Part shown: piece by piece, positions 55,524 through 63,620 of the stretch
Layout: every line of letters begins with the position of its first letter
Numbering within the stretch: position 1 is the first letter of the stretch
Assembly: GCA_903921785.1 (NCBI GenBank)
Contig: CAIXRH010000199.1
Location: 74,426 to 138,425 of the forward strand
Source of the DNA: an uncultured Pseudomonadota bacterium
GTDB lineage: Bacteria > Myxococcota_A > UBA796 > SXON01
Direction of reading: 5' to 3'
Length of the DNA stretch: 64,000 bases
Notes under the pieces: generated by a model
The model's input: only the letters and a program-made list of their open reading frames with translations
Told to the model about the DNA's origin: nothing
The model's database searches: none
Translations under genes and position numbers: made by a program

Positions 55524-55624
55524 GCCCCCGCGCCCCAGACGTGACCGGCACGGGAACGTTTCGGAGGCCGGAGCGGGGCCCACGGAGGCCGAGGGTGGTA
55601 CCGTGCGCGGGTCCCGGAGCTCTC

Positions 55625-58600
55625 GTGCGCCTCCCCTCGCTGCTCGTCACCCTGCTCCTCGTCGGTTGCGACACCGCCGCGGTGGTCGTCAACGAGCCCA
55701 CGGTGGGCGTCGAGACCGGAAACATGGACCCGGAGCTGTTCCCGAACCTCACGATCGACCCCGAAGAGGTGGAGTTCGCGGTGACGGTGCCCGGGCAGCG
55801 CACCGACGCGATGATCACGCTCATCAACACCGGCGACGCCGACCTCACCGCGACCCTCTCGGTCACCGGGGGAGCAAACTACTTCACCGTCGACGACGTG
55901 GCGGCCACGGTCCCGCCTTCCTCCGCGTTCGACGTGCATCTGCACTTCGTCGCGGACACCTCGGGGACGTACTTCGGCAACCTGACGATCCAGTCCAACG
56001 ATCCCGACGCCGCCCTGGTGCAGGTGGACCTCACCGGAGAGGTCGGCCTCGACGCCGACCATGACGGCTGGGCGGCGGGCCCCGACTGCGACGACGACGA
56101 CGCGACCGTGAACCCTGACGCGACCGAGACCTGGTACGACGGCGTGGACCAGGACTGCGCCGGCGACTCCGACTACGACGCGGACGGCGACGGCCACGAC
56201 AGCGACCTCCACGGCGGCGACGACTGCGACGACGCCGACGCGACCGTGAACCCCGACGCGACCGAGGCCTGGTACGACGGCAACGACGGGGATTGCGACA
56301 ATCGTTCCGACTACGACAAGGACGGCGACGGCTACGACTCCAGCGTCTTCGACGGCGACGACTGCAACGACATCAACGCCGACATGAACCCGGGCACCCT
56401 CGAGGTGCAGGGCGACGGCCTCGACAACGACTGCGACGGCACCACCGACGAGCCCCTCTCCGCGGAGGACCTCGATCACGACGGCTACAGCGAGCTCACC
56501 GGCGACTGCAACGACGCCGACCCGAGCATGAACCCCGCCGCCACCGAGACCTGGTACGACGGCCTCGACACCAACTGCGACGGCGCCAGCGACTACGACC
56601 AGGACGCCGACGGCTACGACGCCAGCGAGTACGGCGGCGAGGACTGCCTCGACACGGATGCCACGATCAACCCCGCCGCGGCCGACGCCTGGTACGACGG
56701 CCTCGACGCCAATTGCGACGGCGCCAGCGACTACGACCAGGACGGCGACGGTTTTGACTCCGCCGACTACGGCGGCGACGACTGCGACGATCTCGACGCC
56801 GCGATCAACCCGGCGGCGGCCGACACCGTCTACGATGGCGTCGACGCCGACTGCGCGGGCGACTCCGACTACGACGCGGACCGCGACGGCCACGACAGCG
56901 ATCTCTACGGCGGCGATGACTGCGACGACTTCGAGCCCACCGTGAACCCGGGCGTCGCCGAGACCTGGTACGACGGGATCGACCAGGATTGTTCGGGCAC
57001 CAGCGACTACGACCAGGACGGTGACGGCCACGACGCCCTCCCCTACGGGGGCGACGACTGCGACGACACCGACGCCACCGCCTTCCCCGGCGCGAGCGAC
57101 GTCTGGTACGACGGCGTCGACAGCGACTGCGCCGGCGACTCCGACTTCGACCAGGATGTCGACGGCCACGACGCGAGCGCCTACGGCGGCGACGATTGCC
57201 TCGACACCGACGCCACCGCCTTCCCCGGCGCCGCCGACGCCTGGTACGACGGCGTCGACAGCGACTGCGCCGGCAACTCCGACTACGACGCGGACGGCGA
57301 CGGGTACGACGCGAGCGACTACGGCGGCACCGACTGCAACGACGCCGACGCCACCATCCACCCCGGCGCCGCCGACGTCTGGTACGACGGCGTCGACAGC
57401 GACTGCGCCGGGAACTCAGACTTCGACGAGGATAACGACGGCTATGACGCCGACGTCTACGCGGGCACGGACTGCGACGACGGCGACGCCACCGTCCACC
57501 CGGGCGCGGCCGAGGTCTGCGACGGCCTCGACAACGACTGCAACGGCACGGCGGACGACGGCCTCACCGGCAGCACCTGGTACCGCGACGCAGACGGCGA
57601 CACCTACGGGGACCCCTCGGTCACCACCGCCGGCTGCAGCGCGCCCGCCGGCTACGTCGCCGACGGCACCGACTGCGACGACACCGTGGCGTCGACGAAC
57701 CCCGGCGCGCCGGAGCTCAGCTACGACCACGTCGACAACGACTGCAACGGCTACCCCGACGACATGCTCGCCGAGGACGAGTCGAGCTGGACCGTGCTTG
57801 GCACCTACGCCTCCGACGGCGCGGGCAACGCCCTCTACGAGACCGACGACCTCGACGGCGACGGCGATCCCGAGCTCATCGTCTGCGCCGACGCCGGCAA
57901 CACCTCCTCCCGGACGGATCCCGGCATCGTGGCCTTCCACGACGTCGACAACGCCGGCCTCGACGTCGATCTGGTCGACGGCTACCTCGACATCCATGGG
58001 GACGGCAGCGACGACTACCTGGGCGCGGCGGTGGTCCGCCTCGGCGACCTCGACAGCGACGGCGCCGACGAGGTGGCCTTCGCCGCCTGGCAGAACGACC
58101 GCGATCGGACCGACGACGGCCGGGTCTACGTCATGGACATCGACGGCTGGACAGGCTCGGTGGACGACTCCACCTACGACGAAGGCAACGTCTACGGGGA
58201 GTCCAGCTCCGGCTACTTCGGCTACAGCCTCGCCACCGGCGACTTCGACGGCGACGGCGTCGGCGAGCTGGTGGCCGGGGCCCCCGGCGAGTCGAGCGCG
58301 CGCGGACGCACGTACGTGTTCTTCCGCGGCGATCGGTTCTACAACCGCTCCATCCGCGCGGGGGACGCGAGCTTCTACACCACCGGCGTGAGCAACTCCG
58401 ACCACCTCGGCTACTCCGTGGCGATGGGCGAGCTCACCGGCGATGGCTACGACGACCTCGTCGCCTGCGCCCCCGACGACGACGACAACGGCGCGTCGGC
58501 GGGCAACTGCTGGCTCGTGGCCGGCAGCAGCACCCGCGACAGCGCCGGCACCGCCGGCACGACGATCACCAGCCTCGACAGCGCCGAGATCCTCGGCAGC

Positions 58601-59131
58601 GCCGCCAGCGACACCCTGGGGCTCACCCCCAACTCCCTGAGCATCGGCGACCTCGACGCCGACGGCCAGGACGACCTCGCCATTGGCGCACCCGGGTACG
58701 ACGGCGGCAGCGCCAACGGCGGCGCTGTCTTCGTCTACGCGGGCGGCACGCTCTCGGGCAGCGAGACCTCCGCCACGACCTCCTGGCTCCTCCAGGGCGA
58801 CGGCGCGCTCGGCACCTCGGTCAACCTCACCAGCGACCTCGACGGCGACGGCGTGATCGACCTCCTCGCCGGCGCCACCACGGCGGGGGCGAGCAGCCAG
58901 GGCCGGGTGTACCTGTTCAGCGGCGGACAGGCGAAGGGGACCTACGACCTGCCCGCCGACCAGACCGCGAGCTGGCTCGGCGCCGCCGCCTCCGACCTCT
59001 TCGGCGCCTCGCTCTCCGCCACGCTCGACCTCGACAGCGACGGACGCGACGAATTCTCCGCCGGCGCCACCGGGAACGACGCCGCCGCGAGCGGCGCGGG
59101 CAAGGCCTACGTCCTGCCCGCCTACCCCTGA
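55625..59131 (+). CDS. Surface lipoprotein: Ig-like domain, about ten 46-aa MopE-variant repeats, seven FG-GAP blades
   Basis: GTG 55625 has GGAG 5 nt upstream and gives the lipobox VRLPSLLVTLLLVGC; third-position GC is lower between GTG 55541 and 55625. It contains GGDDCDDxDAxxxPGAxDxWYDGVDxDCAGxSDYDxDGDGYDxxxY units, then seven DLDGDGxxDLxxGA blades. Confidence 0.85.
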   Translation: MRLPSLLVTLLLVGCDTAAVVVNEPTVGVETGNMDPELFPNLTIDPEEVEFAVTVPGQRTDAMITLINTGDADLTATLSVTGGANYFTVDDVAATVPPSSAFDVHLHFVADTSGTYFGNLTIQSNDPDAALVQVDLTGEVGLDADHDGWAAGPDCDDDDATVNPDATETWYDGVDQDCAGDSDYDADGDGHDSDLHGGDDCDDADATVNPDATEAWYDGNDGDCDNRSDYDKDGDGYDSSVFDGDDCNDINADMNPGTLEVQGDGLDNDCDGTTDEPLSAEDLDHDGYSELTGDCNDADPSMNPAATETWYDGLDTNCDGASDYDQDADGYDASEYGGEDCLDTDATINPAAADAWYDGLDANCDGASDYDQDGDGFDSADYGGDDCDDLDAAINPAAADTVYDGVDADCAGDSDYDADRDGHDSDLYGGDDCDDFEPTVNPGVAETWYDGIDQDCSGTSDYDQDGDGHDALPYGGDDCDDTDATAFPGASDVWYDGVDSDCAGDSDFDQDVDGHDASAYGGDDCLDTDATAFPGAADAWYDGVDSDCAGNSDYDADGDGYDASDYGGTDCNDADATIHPGAADVWYDGVDSDCAGNSDFDEDNDGYDADVYAGTDCDDGDATVHPGAAEVCDGLDNDCNGTADDGLTGSTWYRDADGDTYGDPSVTTAGCSAPAGYVADGTDCDDTVASTNPGAPELSYDHVDNDCNGYPDDMLAEDESSWTVLGTYASDGAGNALYETDDLDGDGDPELIVCADAGNTSSRTDPGIVAFHDVDNAGLDVDLVDGYLDIHGDGSDDYLGAAVVRLGDLDSDGADEVAFAAWQNDRDRTDDGRVYVMDIDGWTGSVDDSTYDEGNVYGESSSGYFGYSLATGDFDGDGVGELVAGAPGESSARGRTYVFFRGDRFYNRSIRAGDASFYTTGVSNSDHLGYSVAMGELTGDGYDDLVACAPDDDDNGASAGNCWLVAGSSTRDSAGTAGTTITSLDSAEILGSAASDTLGLTPNSLSIGDLDADGQDDLAIGAPGYDGGSANGGAVFVYAGGTLSGSETSATTSWLLQGDGALGTSVNLTSDLDGDGVIDLLAGATTAGASSQGRVYLFSGGQAKGTYDLPADQTASWLGAAASDLFGASLSATLDLDSDGRDEFSAGATGNDAAASGAGKAYVLPAYP
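56051..57560 (+). repeat. Intragenic tandem repeat, 138-bp (46-codon) period, about ten units
   Basis: Adjacent units such as 57047-57184 and 57185-57322 are nearly identical at the DNA level. The repeat is in frame with the CDS. Confidence 0.8.
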
Positions 59132-59159
59132 TCTACGCTTCGTAGACGATTTCTATCTT
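59132..59159 (+). terminator. Weak candidate intrinsic terminator
   Basis: Hairpin TCTACG-CTT-CGTAGA starts immediately after the stop codon and is followed by the T-rich CGATTTCTATCTT. The stem is only 6 bp. Confidence 0.3.
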
Positions 59160-59283
59160 GCCGTCCTGCCGCCCCCCTGCGCCACCGGGGATGCGGCGAG
59201 CCGGGGTGGGTGTTTGGGGCAGCTCTCGGGGCCCGGGTGCCCGATCGCGCGAGCGCACCGCCGAAAACGAGACCAAAACCGAG

Positions 59284-59299
59284 TGGCACGGCCCTTGCT
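59284..59299 (+). promoter_or_regulatory. Sigma-54 (RpoN) promoter, TGGCACG-N4-TTGCT
   Basis: TGGCACGGCCCTTGCT matches the -24/-12 consensus TGGCACG-N4-TTGCW at every specified position. The GC element is about 30 nt upstream of ATG 59328. Confidence 0.55.
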
Positions 59300-59327
59300 C
59301 CTCCTCAGGGCACACCCGAGCCGCCGA

Positions 59328-60284
59328 ATGTTCGCCCTCCTCGCCACCGTCGCCGTCGCCGCCCCCCTCCCCCTCCCGATGCCGACCGGGTCGCTCTGCG
59401 CGTCCGCGGACGAGGTGACGGTCTACGCCGGGCCCGTCTTCTACGAGGGAGACGCCGACTGGATGGCGCCGGTCGACTGCGCTGGCGAGGCCGGCTGTCT
59501 CGCCGCGATCGCCCGCATGGAGGACCCCGCCACCGGCTGGGTCGCGGACCGCGTCGCCCGCGGCGAGTCCTTCGACTCGCCCCCGGTCGGCACCTTCGTC
59601 ATGCTCACCTGCGGCGACACCGCCACCCGCGAAAGCTGGAGCTGCGACGCCGCCGGCTGCTCCCTCACCAGCTCCCGCGAGGTTCGCGGGATGAGCTGGA
59701 CCAGCCTCGACTTCGACACCCTCCCTGGCCGCCCTGACCGCACGGTGAGCGAGCTCGTGAGCCTGGACGACGCCGCGCTCAAGAGCCGCGCCACCTCCCA
59801 GCTCGCCGACCTCGTGAAGGGCACCGCCCGCCGCATGGACGCCGCGCTCCGGCGCTGCGAGGAGGGCCTCCCCTGCGACGCGGGCTGGAAGGAGACCCGG
59901 GCGCTGACCACCCCGTTCCTCACCGACGGCCGCGCGTCCTTCGTGAGCTTCGAGCGCGGCATGTGGGGCCAGGAGGGTTTTGAGGCCACCTACACCGCGG
60001 CGCAGGACCCCTCCGCCGAGGTGACCCTGAGCTGCTACCTCGTGGCCGGCGGCTGCGACTGGTCCGCCGCGACCTGCGCCCTCGCCTTTGGCCCGGCCGA
60101 CGCGCCGAAGGCCACCTTCACCGCCAACGACGACACGACCAAGTGGGGCAACTCCAGCGTGGGCCTAGCGCGGTGGAGCCCGGAAGCGCCGGTGGTGGTG
60201 ACGCGCAGCGAAGGCTGGCTGCCCCGCACCCCGGTCGCGGCCCCGGCGGTGACGGCCGCCGTGGAGGAGACGGCGGCGCGGTAG
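59328..60284 (+). CDS. Secreted Cys-rich hypothetical protein
   Basis: ATG 59328 gives the signal peptide MFALLATVAVAAP. There are ~12 Cys residues. No family recognised. Confidence 0.5.
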   Translation: MFALLATVAVAAPLPLPMPTGSLCASADEVTVYAGPVFYEGDADWMAPVDCAGEAGCLAAIARMEDPATGWVADRVARGESFDSPPVGTFVMLTCGDTATRESWSCDAAGCSLTSSREVRGMSWTSLDFDTLPGRPDRTVSELVSLDDAALKSRATSQLADLVKGTARRMDAALRRCEEGLPCDAGWKETRALTTPFLTDGRASFVSFERGMWGQEGFEATYTAAQDPSAEVTLSCYLVAGGCDWSAATCALAFGPADAPKATFTANDDTTKWGNSSVGLARWSPEAPVVVTRSEGWLPRTPVAAPAVTAAVEETAAR

Positions 60285-60419
60285 TCGGCTCCGATCGTGT
60301 GGATCTCGAACAGGGTGTCGAAGGGCGGTGGTGCCCGACCGCCCTGCCCCCCGGACCCCTCGGCGATCGAGGAACCACTGGCGGCGAGAATGGCGGGGCG
60401 GGCGGTCAGCGCGCCGCGG
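60284..60419 (+). repeat. Dispersed non-coding repeat, copy C
   Basis: Same element as copies A and B, with core GGCGAGAATGGCGGGGCGGGCG. It lies between convergent genes, and its right end overlaps the last codons of the 60406-62001 gene. Confidence 0.7.
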
Positions 60420-62001
60420 TGTCCACCGCCAACTGGCGGTAGCCGAAGGTCAGCGCGAAGAGCTCCCGCAGGGTGGCGTCGTCGCCGCGACCCAGGCTGG
60501 GATCGACGCGCGCGGCCCAGTCGTGGACCAGGGCGAAGGCGGCGTCTTCGTCGGTGAGGCGGAGGTCGCCCCACGTGGGGACTTCGTCCAGGCTCGCGCT
60601 ACGCCAGCGGCGGACCCGCGCGCCGTGGGCGGCGAGGGTGGCGTGGGGGGAGAACCCGTAGGGCGTCTGGGCGTCCTCGAGCGGGCGGCCGTGGCCATTC
60701 CAGGCCGCGATCGCTGCGTCATCGTCGCCCAGGCCGGCGGCGCTGGCGAAGGAGTAGGCTCGGAGCTGGTGATCCCACGCAGGGTGGGGCACCGCGGCGC
60801 CGCGGTACAGCCGCGGTCGCCGCCACTCCGCTTCGTCGGGGAAGGGGAAGCCCCGCGCCGGACGCCGAAGCTCGCGCGCGCCGAAGATCGCGAGCGGGTC
60901 CGACGCGCGGAGCTCCCCCCGCCGCGATCGATCGACATGCGCTTCGTACTCGGCGCGGGAGAGGCGCAGCCAGCCGCTCGACGCCCGACGGTCTTGGATC
61001 GAGAGCCCCACCGCGCGCCCGCCGAGGAGGCGCAGCGAATCGGCCCAATTCACGGGAGCGTCGGGATCGAGCAGCGGGTGGAGCCGCCGGGGTGCGCCGC
61101 CCCCATCGCCCTTGCGGCGAAGCACGAGCACCAGGTTGGACTTGAGCTCCTGCCAGAGGTCGAGCCAGTAGAGGAGCGCCCAGGGATCCCAGCCGAGCCC
61201 GAGGCGAGGGCCCATGACCCAGGGATCGCCCCAGGGCCGATGCACGACAAAGGCCAGCTCCAGCCCCGCTGCGTCGACCATCCGCGCCATCTCGAAGGCG
61301 GAGAAGGCCACATCGGAGACGTGGAGGAACCCATCCACCACGCCCGCGAGGTTGGCGCTATCCGCGTAGTCTTCAAAGGTGAACCGAAGCGGATGATCGT
61401 TCGGGAGGCTGCGCATCAGCGCGCCGAGCCACCGGGGGTGCCGTGCGTCGTTCCAGCCGAGGCCGAGGAGCCGGGCGATCCGTGCGACCTGGAGCACGCG
61501 CCGCCGGCCGAACCAGGGGTACACCATCAGCCGGACGAGCCCGCCGGGGTTGAGGTGCTGCGCGAACGCCCGCAGGGTGGCCGCGGGGTCCTGAAGGTTC
61601 ATCAAGACACCGAAACACTCGATCCAGTCGAAGCGACCGGCGGGGAACGAGGCTGGATCGTTGAGATCCCCCGGGTCGACCGTGACGTTGCTCACCCCCT
61701 GCACGGCGAGGCGGCGGCGGGTACGGGCGAGGCTGGCCTCGGAGATGTCCGTCGCCAGGATTTCGGCGCCCGGATTCGCCATCGCGATGGGGTACGCCTG
61801 CCAGGCGCCACAGCCGGCGACCCAGATGTGCGGCCGCACCGGTGCAGGATCCAGGCCCGCTTCGGAGCGGAGCCAGTCGATGTGCAACTGCCACACCTGC
61901 GGCCGGGACAACGACGCGACCAGCGGCACATCCGGGTACGGCCAGCGCTCGTAGAGCGGCTGCGAAGACGGCGGAGCGACGGAGAGCGGCGACGTCGTCA
62001 C
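60406..62001 (-). CDS. Class I SAM-dependent methyltransferase with a ~350-aa uncharacterised C-terminal extension
   Basis: GTG 62001 forms a GTGA overlap with the upstream stop. IWVAGCGAWQAYPIA...ILATDIS...WIECFGVLMNL...LNPGGLVRLMVY give motifs I-III. The rest is unassigned. Confidence 0.7.
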   Translation of the reverse strand: MTTSPLSVAPPSSQPLYERWPYPDVPLVASLSRPQVWQLHIDWLRSEAGLDPAPVRPHIWVAGCGAWQAYPIAMANPGAEILATDISEASLARTRRRLAVQGVSNVTVDPGDLNDPASFPAGRFDWIECFGVLMNLQDPAATLRAFAQHLNPGGLVRLMVYPWFGRRRVLQVARIARLLGLGWNDARHPRWLGALMRSLPNDHPLRFTFEDYADSANLAGVVDGFLHVSDVAFSAFEMARMVDAAGLELAFVVHRPWGDPWVMGPRLGLGWDPWALLYWLDLWQELKSNLVLVLRRKGDGGGAPRRLHPLLDPDAPVNWADSLRLLGGRAVGLSIQDRRASSGWLRLSRAEYEAHVDRSRRGELRASDPLAIFGARELRRPARGFPFPDEAEWRRPRLYRGAAVPHPAWDHQLRAYSFASAAGLGDDDAAIAAWNGHGRPLEDAQTPYGFSPHATLAAHGARVRRWRSASLDEVPTWGDLRLTDEDAAFALVHDWAARVDPSLGRGDDATLRELFALTFGYRQLAVDTAAR

Positions 62002-63383
62002 CCCCCCGAAGTAACCCGCGCCGACACCAGCACGTTGGCGAACGGTCCCGCAGACGCATCTTCTACGCGGACCTCCACGACGCCGGGGAGCGCAGCGACG
62101 CGAGCGGCGAGCGCAGCGCCCCCTTGGGCATGGACCCCCTCCCCCTGGTGGCGCCCCGCCGCGACCATCCCCCGCTCCGAAGCCACGGTCCAGGCTGCGG
62201 CCGCGCCACGGTCGGTGTCGGGGTCGCGCAGGAGGATCATCCCGCCCGGCGCCAGGGCGGCGACCATCCGTGCGAGCACGGCGTCCTGCTCCGCAGGCTG
62301 GAGGTAGTGGAGCACGTCGAGGGCCACGACGGCTGCGCAGCCCTCGGGCAGCGGGGCGGTGCGCGCGTCGCCGACGTCGTACTGGTCGCCCGGCGACGCG
62401 ACGGCGCGAGCGCGGCGGATCCGGGCTTCGTCCACGTCGAGGCCCACGAGGGAGACCCGGCTTCCGGCGGCGTGGAGGTAGCTGCCGAGGAGTCCCTCGC
62501 CCGCGCCCAGATCGAGGATCACCCCCTCCCGAGGCAGGCGCTCCCAGGCGGCCCAGAAGCAGGGATCGAAGCGCGTCTTGCCCCAGGCGAAGCCCGCCGC
62601 GAATCGCCCCAGCGAGCGATACATCGTGAAACATGTATCACTGAGGTCCAGCGGGCTCGGCCCCGCGAGCGTGGCTTCAATCGCGGCTTTGGTGAGGCGA
62701 GAGAGCTCACGCCGGGTGCGCCCGACCGAGGAGATGGGCGGCAGAACATGCATCGCCACCCGCGGCCAGAGCTCTCGCGACCACGGCCCGCCACGCGCCA
62801 GCGCGTCCGCCGTGTTGCGCAGCGCCACCGGGAGCACCTCCGCCTCGCAGCGGATGGCCAACTCGAACGCGCCGCGCTTGAAGTCGAGGAGGGTCTTTCC
62901 ATCGCCGCGGGTGCCTTCGGGGAAGACGACGACGGAGATCCCCCGATCGAGGAGGCCGCGGACGCGGGTGATGAGCGCCTGCACGTCGGCGTCGGGATCG
63001 ATGGAGAGCTGCCCGGAGAAGCTGGCCATCCACCCGTAGACGGGCATGCGGAAGACCCCGGGCCGGGCGGTGATCTTCACCGGGACCGGGAGCTGCATCA
63101 AGAGCGGGATGTCGAGCATCGAGGCGTGGTTTGCGACGATGATCCGGCCGCGCCCGCCCGCCCGCTCCCGCCCGGTGATCACCAATCGGAAGATCGGGTT
63201 GAGCCGGAAGAACCCCGCGCCCCAGAGCCACTTCGTCGCCAGCCCGGAGACGCGCCGATCGGGGTCCCACGGCAGCGCCACGAGCTGCGCCAACGCGCCG
63301 AAGACCAAGGTCGCGGCCGTGGTCGGGACGAAGACCGAGGCGCTGACGCACCAGGCGGCGATCATCTTGAGGCGGTGGAGCAT
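61998..63383 (-). CDS. Fusion of a PlsC/LPLAT-type acyltransferase and a class I SAM-dependent methyltransferase
   Basis: Starts at ATG 63383 (MLHRLKMIAAW...) with an N-terminal TM segment. Acyltransferase motifs VANHASMLD (HX4D) and VVFPEGTRG are followed by VILDLGAGEGLLG...VALDVLHYL...LAPGGMILL. Confidence 0.75.
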   Translation of the reverse strand: MLHRLKMIAAWCVSASVFVPTTAATLVFGALAQLVALPWDPDRRVSGLATKWLWGAGFFRLNPIFRLVITGRERAGGRGRIIVANHASMLDIPLLMQLPVPVKITARPGVFRMPVYGWMASFSGQLSIDPDADVQALITRVRGLLDRGISVVVFPEGTRGDGKTLLDFKRGAFELAIRCEAEVLPVALRNTADALARGGPWSRELWPRVAMHVLPPISSVGRTRRELSRLTKAAIEATLAGPSPLDLSDTCFTMYRSLGRFAAGFAWGKTRFDPCFWAAWERLPREGVILDLGAGEGLLGSYLHAAGSRVSLVGLDVDEARIRRARAVASPGDQYDVGDARTAPLPEGCAAVVALDVLHYLQPAEQDAVLARMVAALAPGGMILLRDPDTDRGAAAAWTVASERGMVAAGRHQGEGVHAQGGAALAARVAALPGVVEVRVEDASAGPFANVLVSARVTSGG

Positions 63384-63507
63384 CGCGGCGGCCCTGTATC
63401 GGGTACCGGGGGTCGTAGCCGCCCGGCCGACCGGACTTGTCCCCCGGCCGCCGGAGCGCCCGGAGGCCACCTGCCCGCGCCCGCACAACCTCGGGCGACC
63501 GGGAGGG

Positions 63508-63523
63508 AGCAAACCGGGTGCCC
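63508..63523 (-). promoter_or_regulatory. Sigma-54 promoter candidate, GGGCACC-N4-TTGCT
   Basis: The minus strand reads GGGCACCCGGTTTGCT, with GG and GC at the correct 10-nt spacing. It shares the TTGCTCC continuation with the 59284 promoter. It lies between the DUF790 gene end and the acyltransferase-fusion start. Confidence 0.45.
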
Positions 63524-63620
63524 GGGCCGGCTTGCCCGTGTAAAATGTGTTGGTTGGTCCCCCCTCCCGGCCCTACCCCACCCTCGCGAGCCGAGACAAA
63601 CGTCGGCGGCGCCGCCGGGC

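Noticed and set aside
53733-57361. Minus-strand ORFs 53733-55583 (616 aa) and 55508-57361 (617 aa)
   Set aside because: They are antisense to cmk/MBOAT and to the repeat-bearing lipoprotein gene. The second is merely the reverse reading of the Asp-codon repeats (poly V/A/G).
56051-57560. Regular ~138-bp periodicity that could be mistaken for a CRISPR-like array
   Set aside because: There are no unique spacers between repeats. The whole region is one in-frame coding tandem repeat with a 46-codon unit, and no cas genes are present.
59133-59315. 60-aa minus-strand ORF in the 59132-59327 spacer
   Set aside because: Third-position GC is clearly lower than in real genes here. There is no start context, it overlaps the sigma-54 promoter, and its composition is uninformative. 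The shared CTACGCTTCGT with 50155-50165 appears coincidental.
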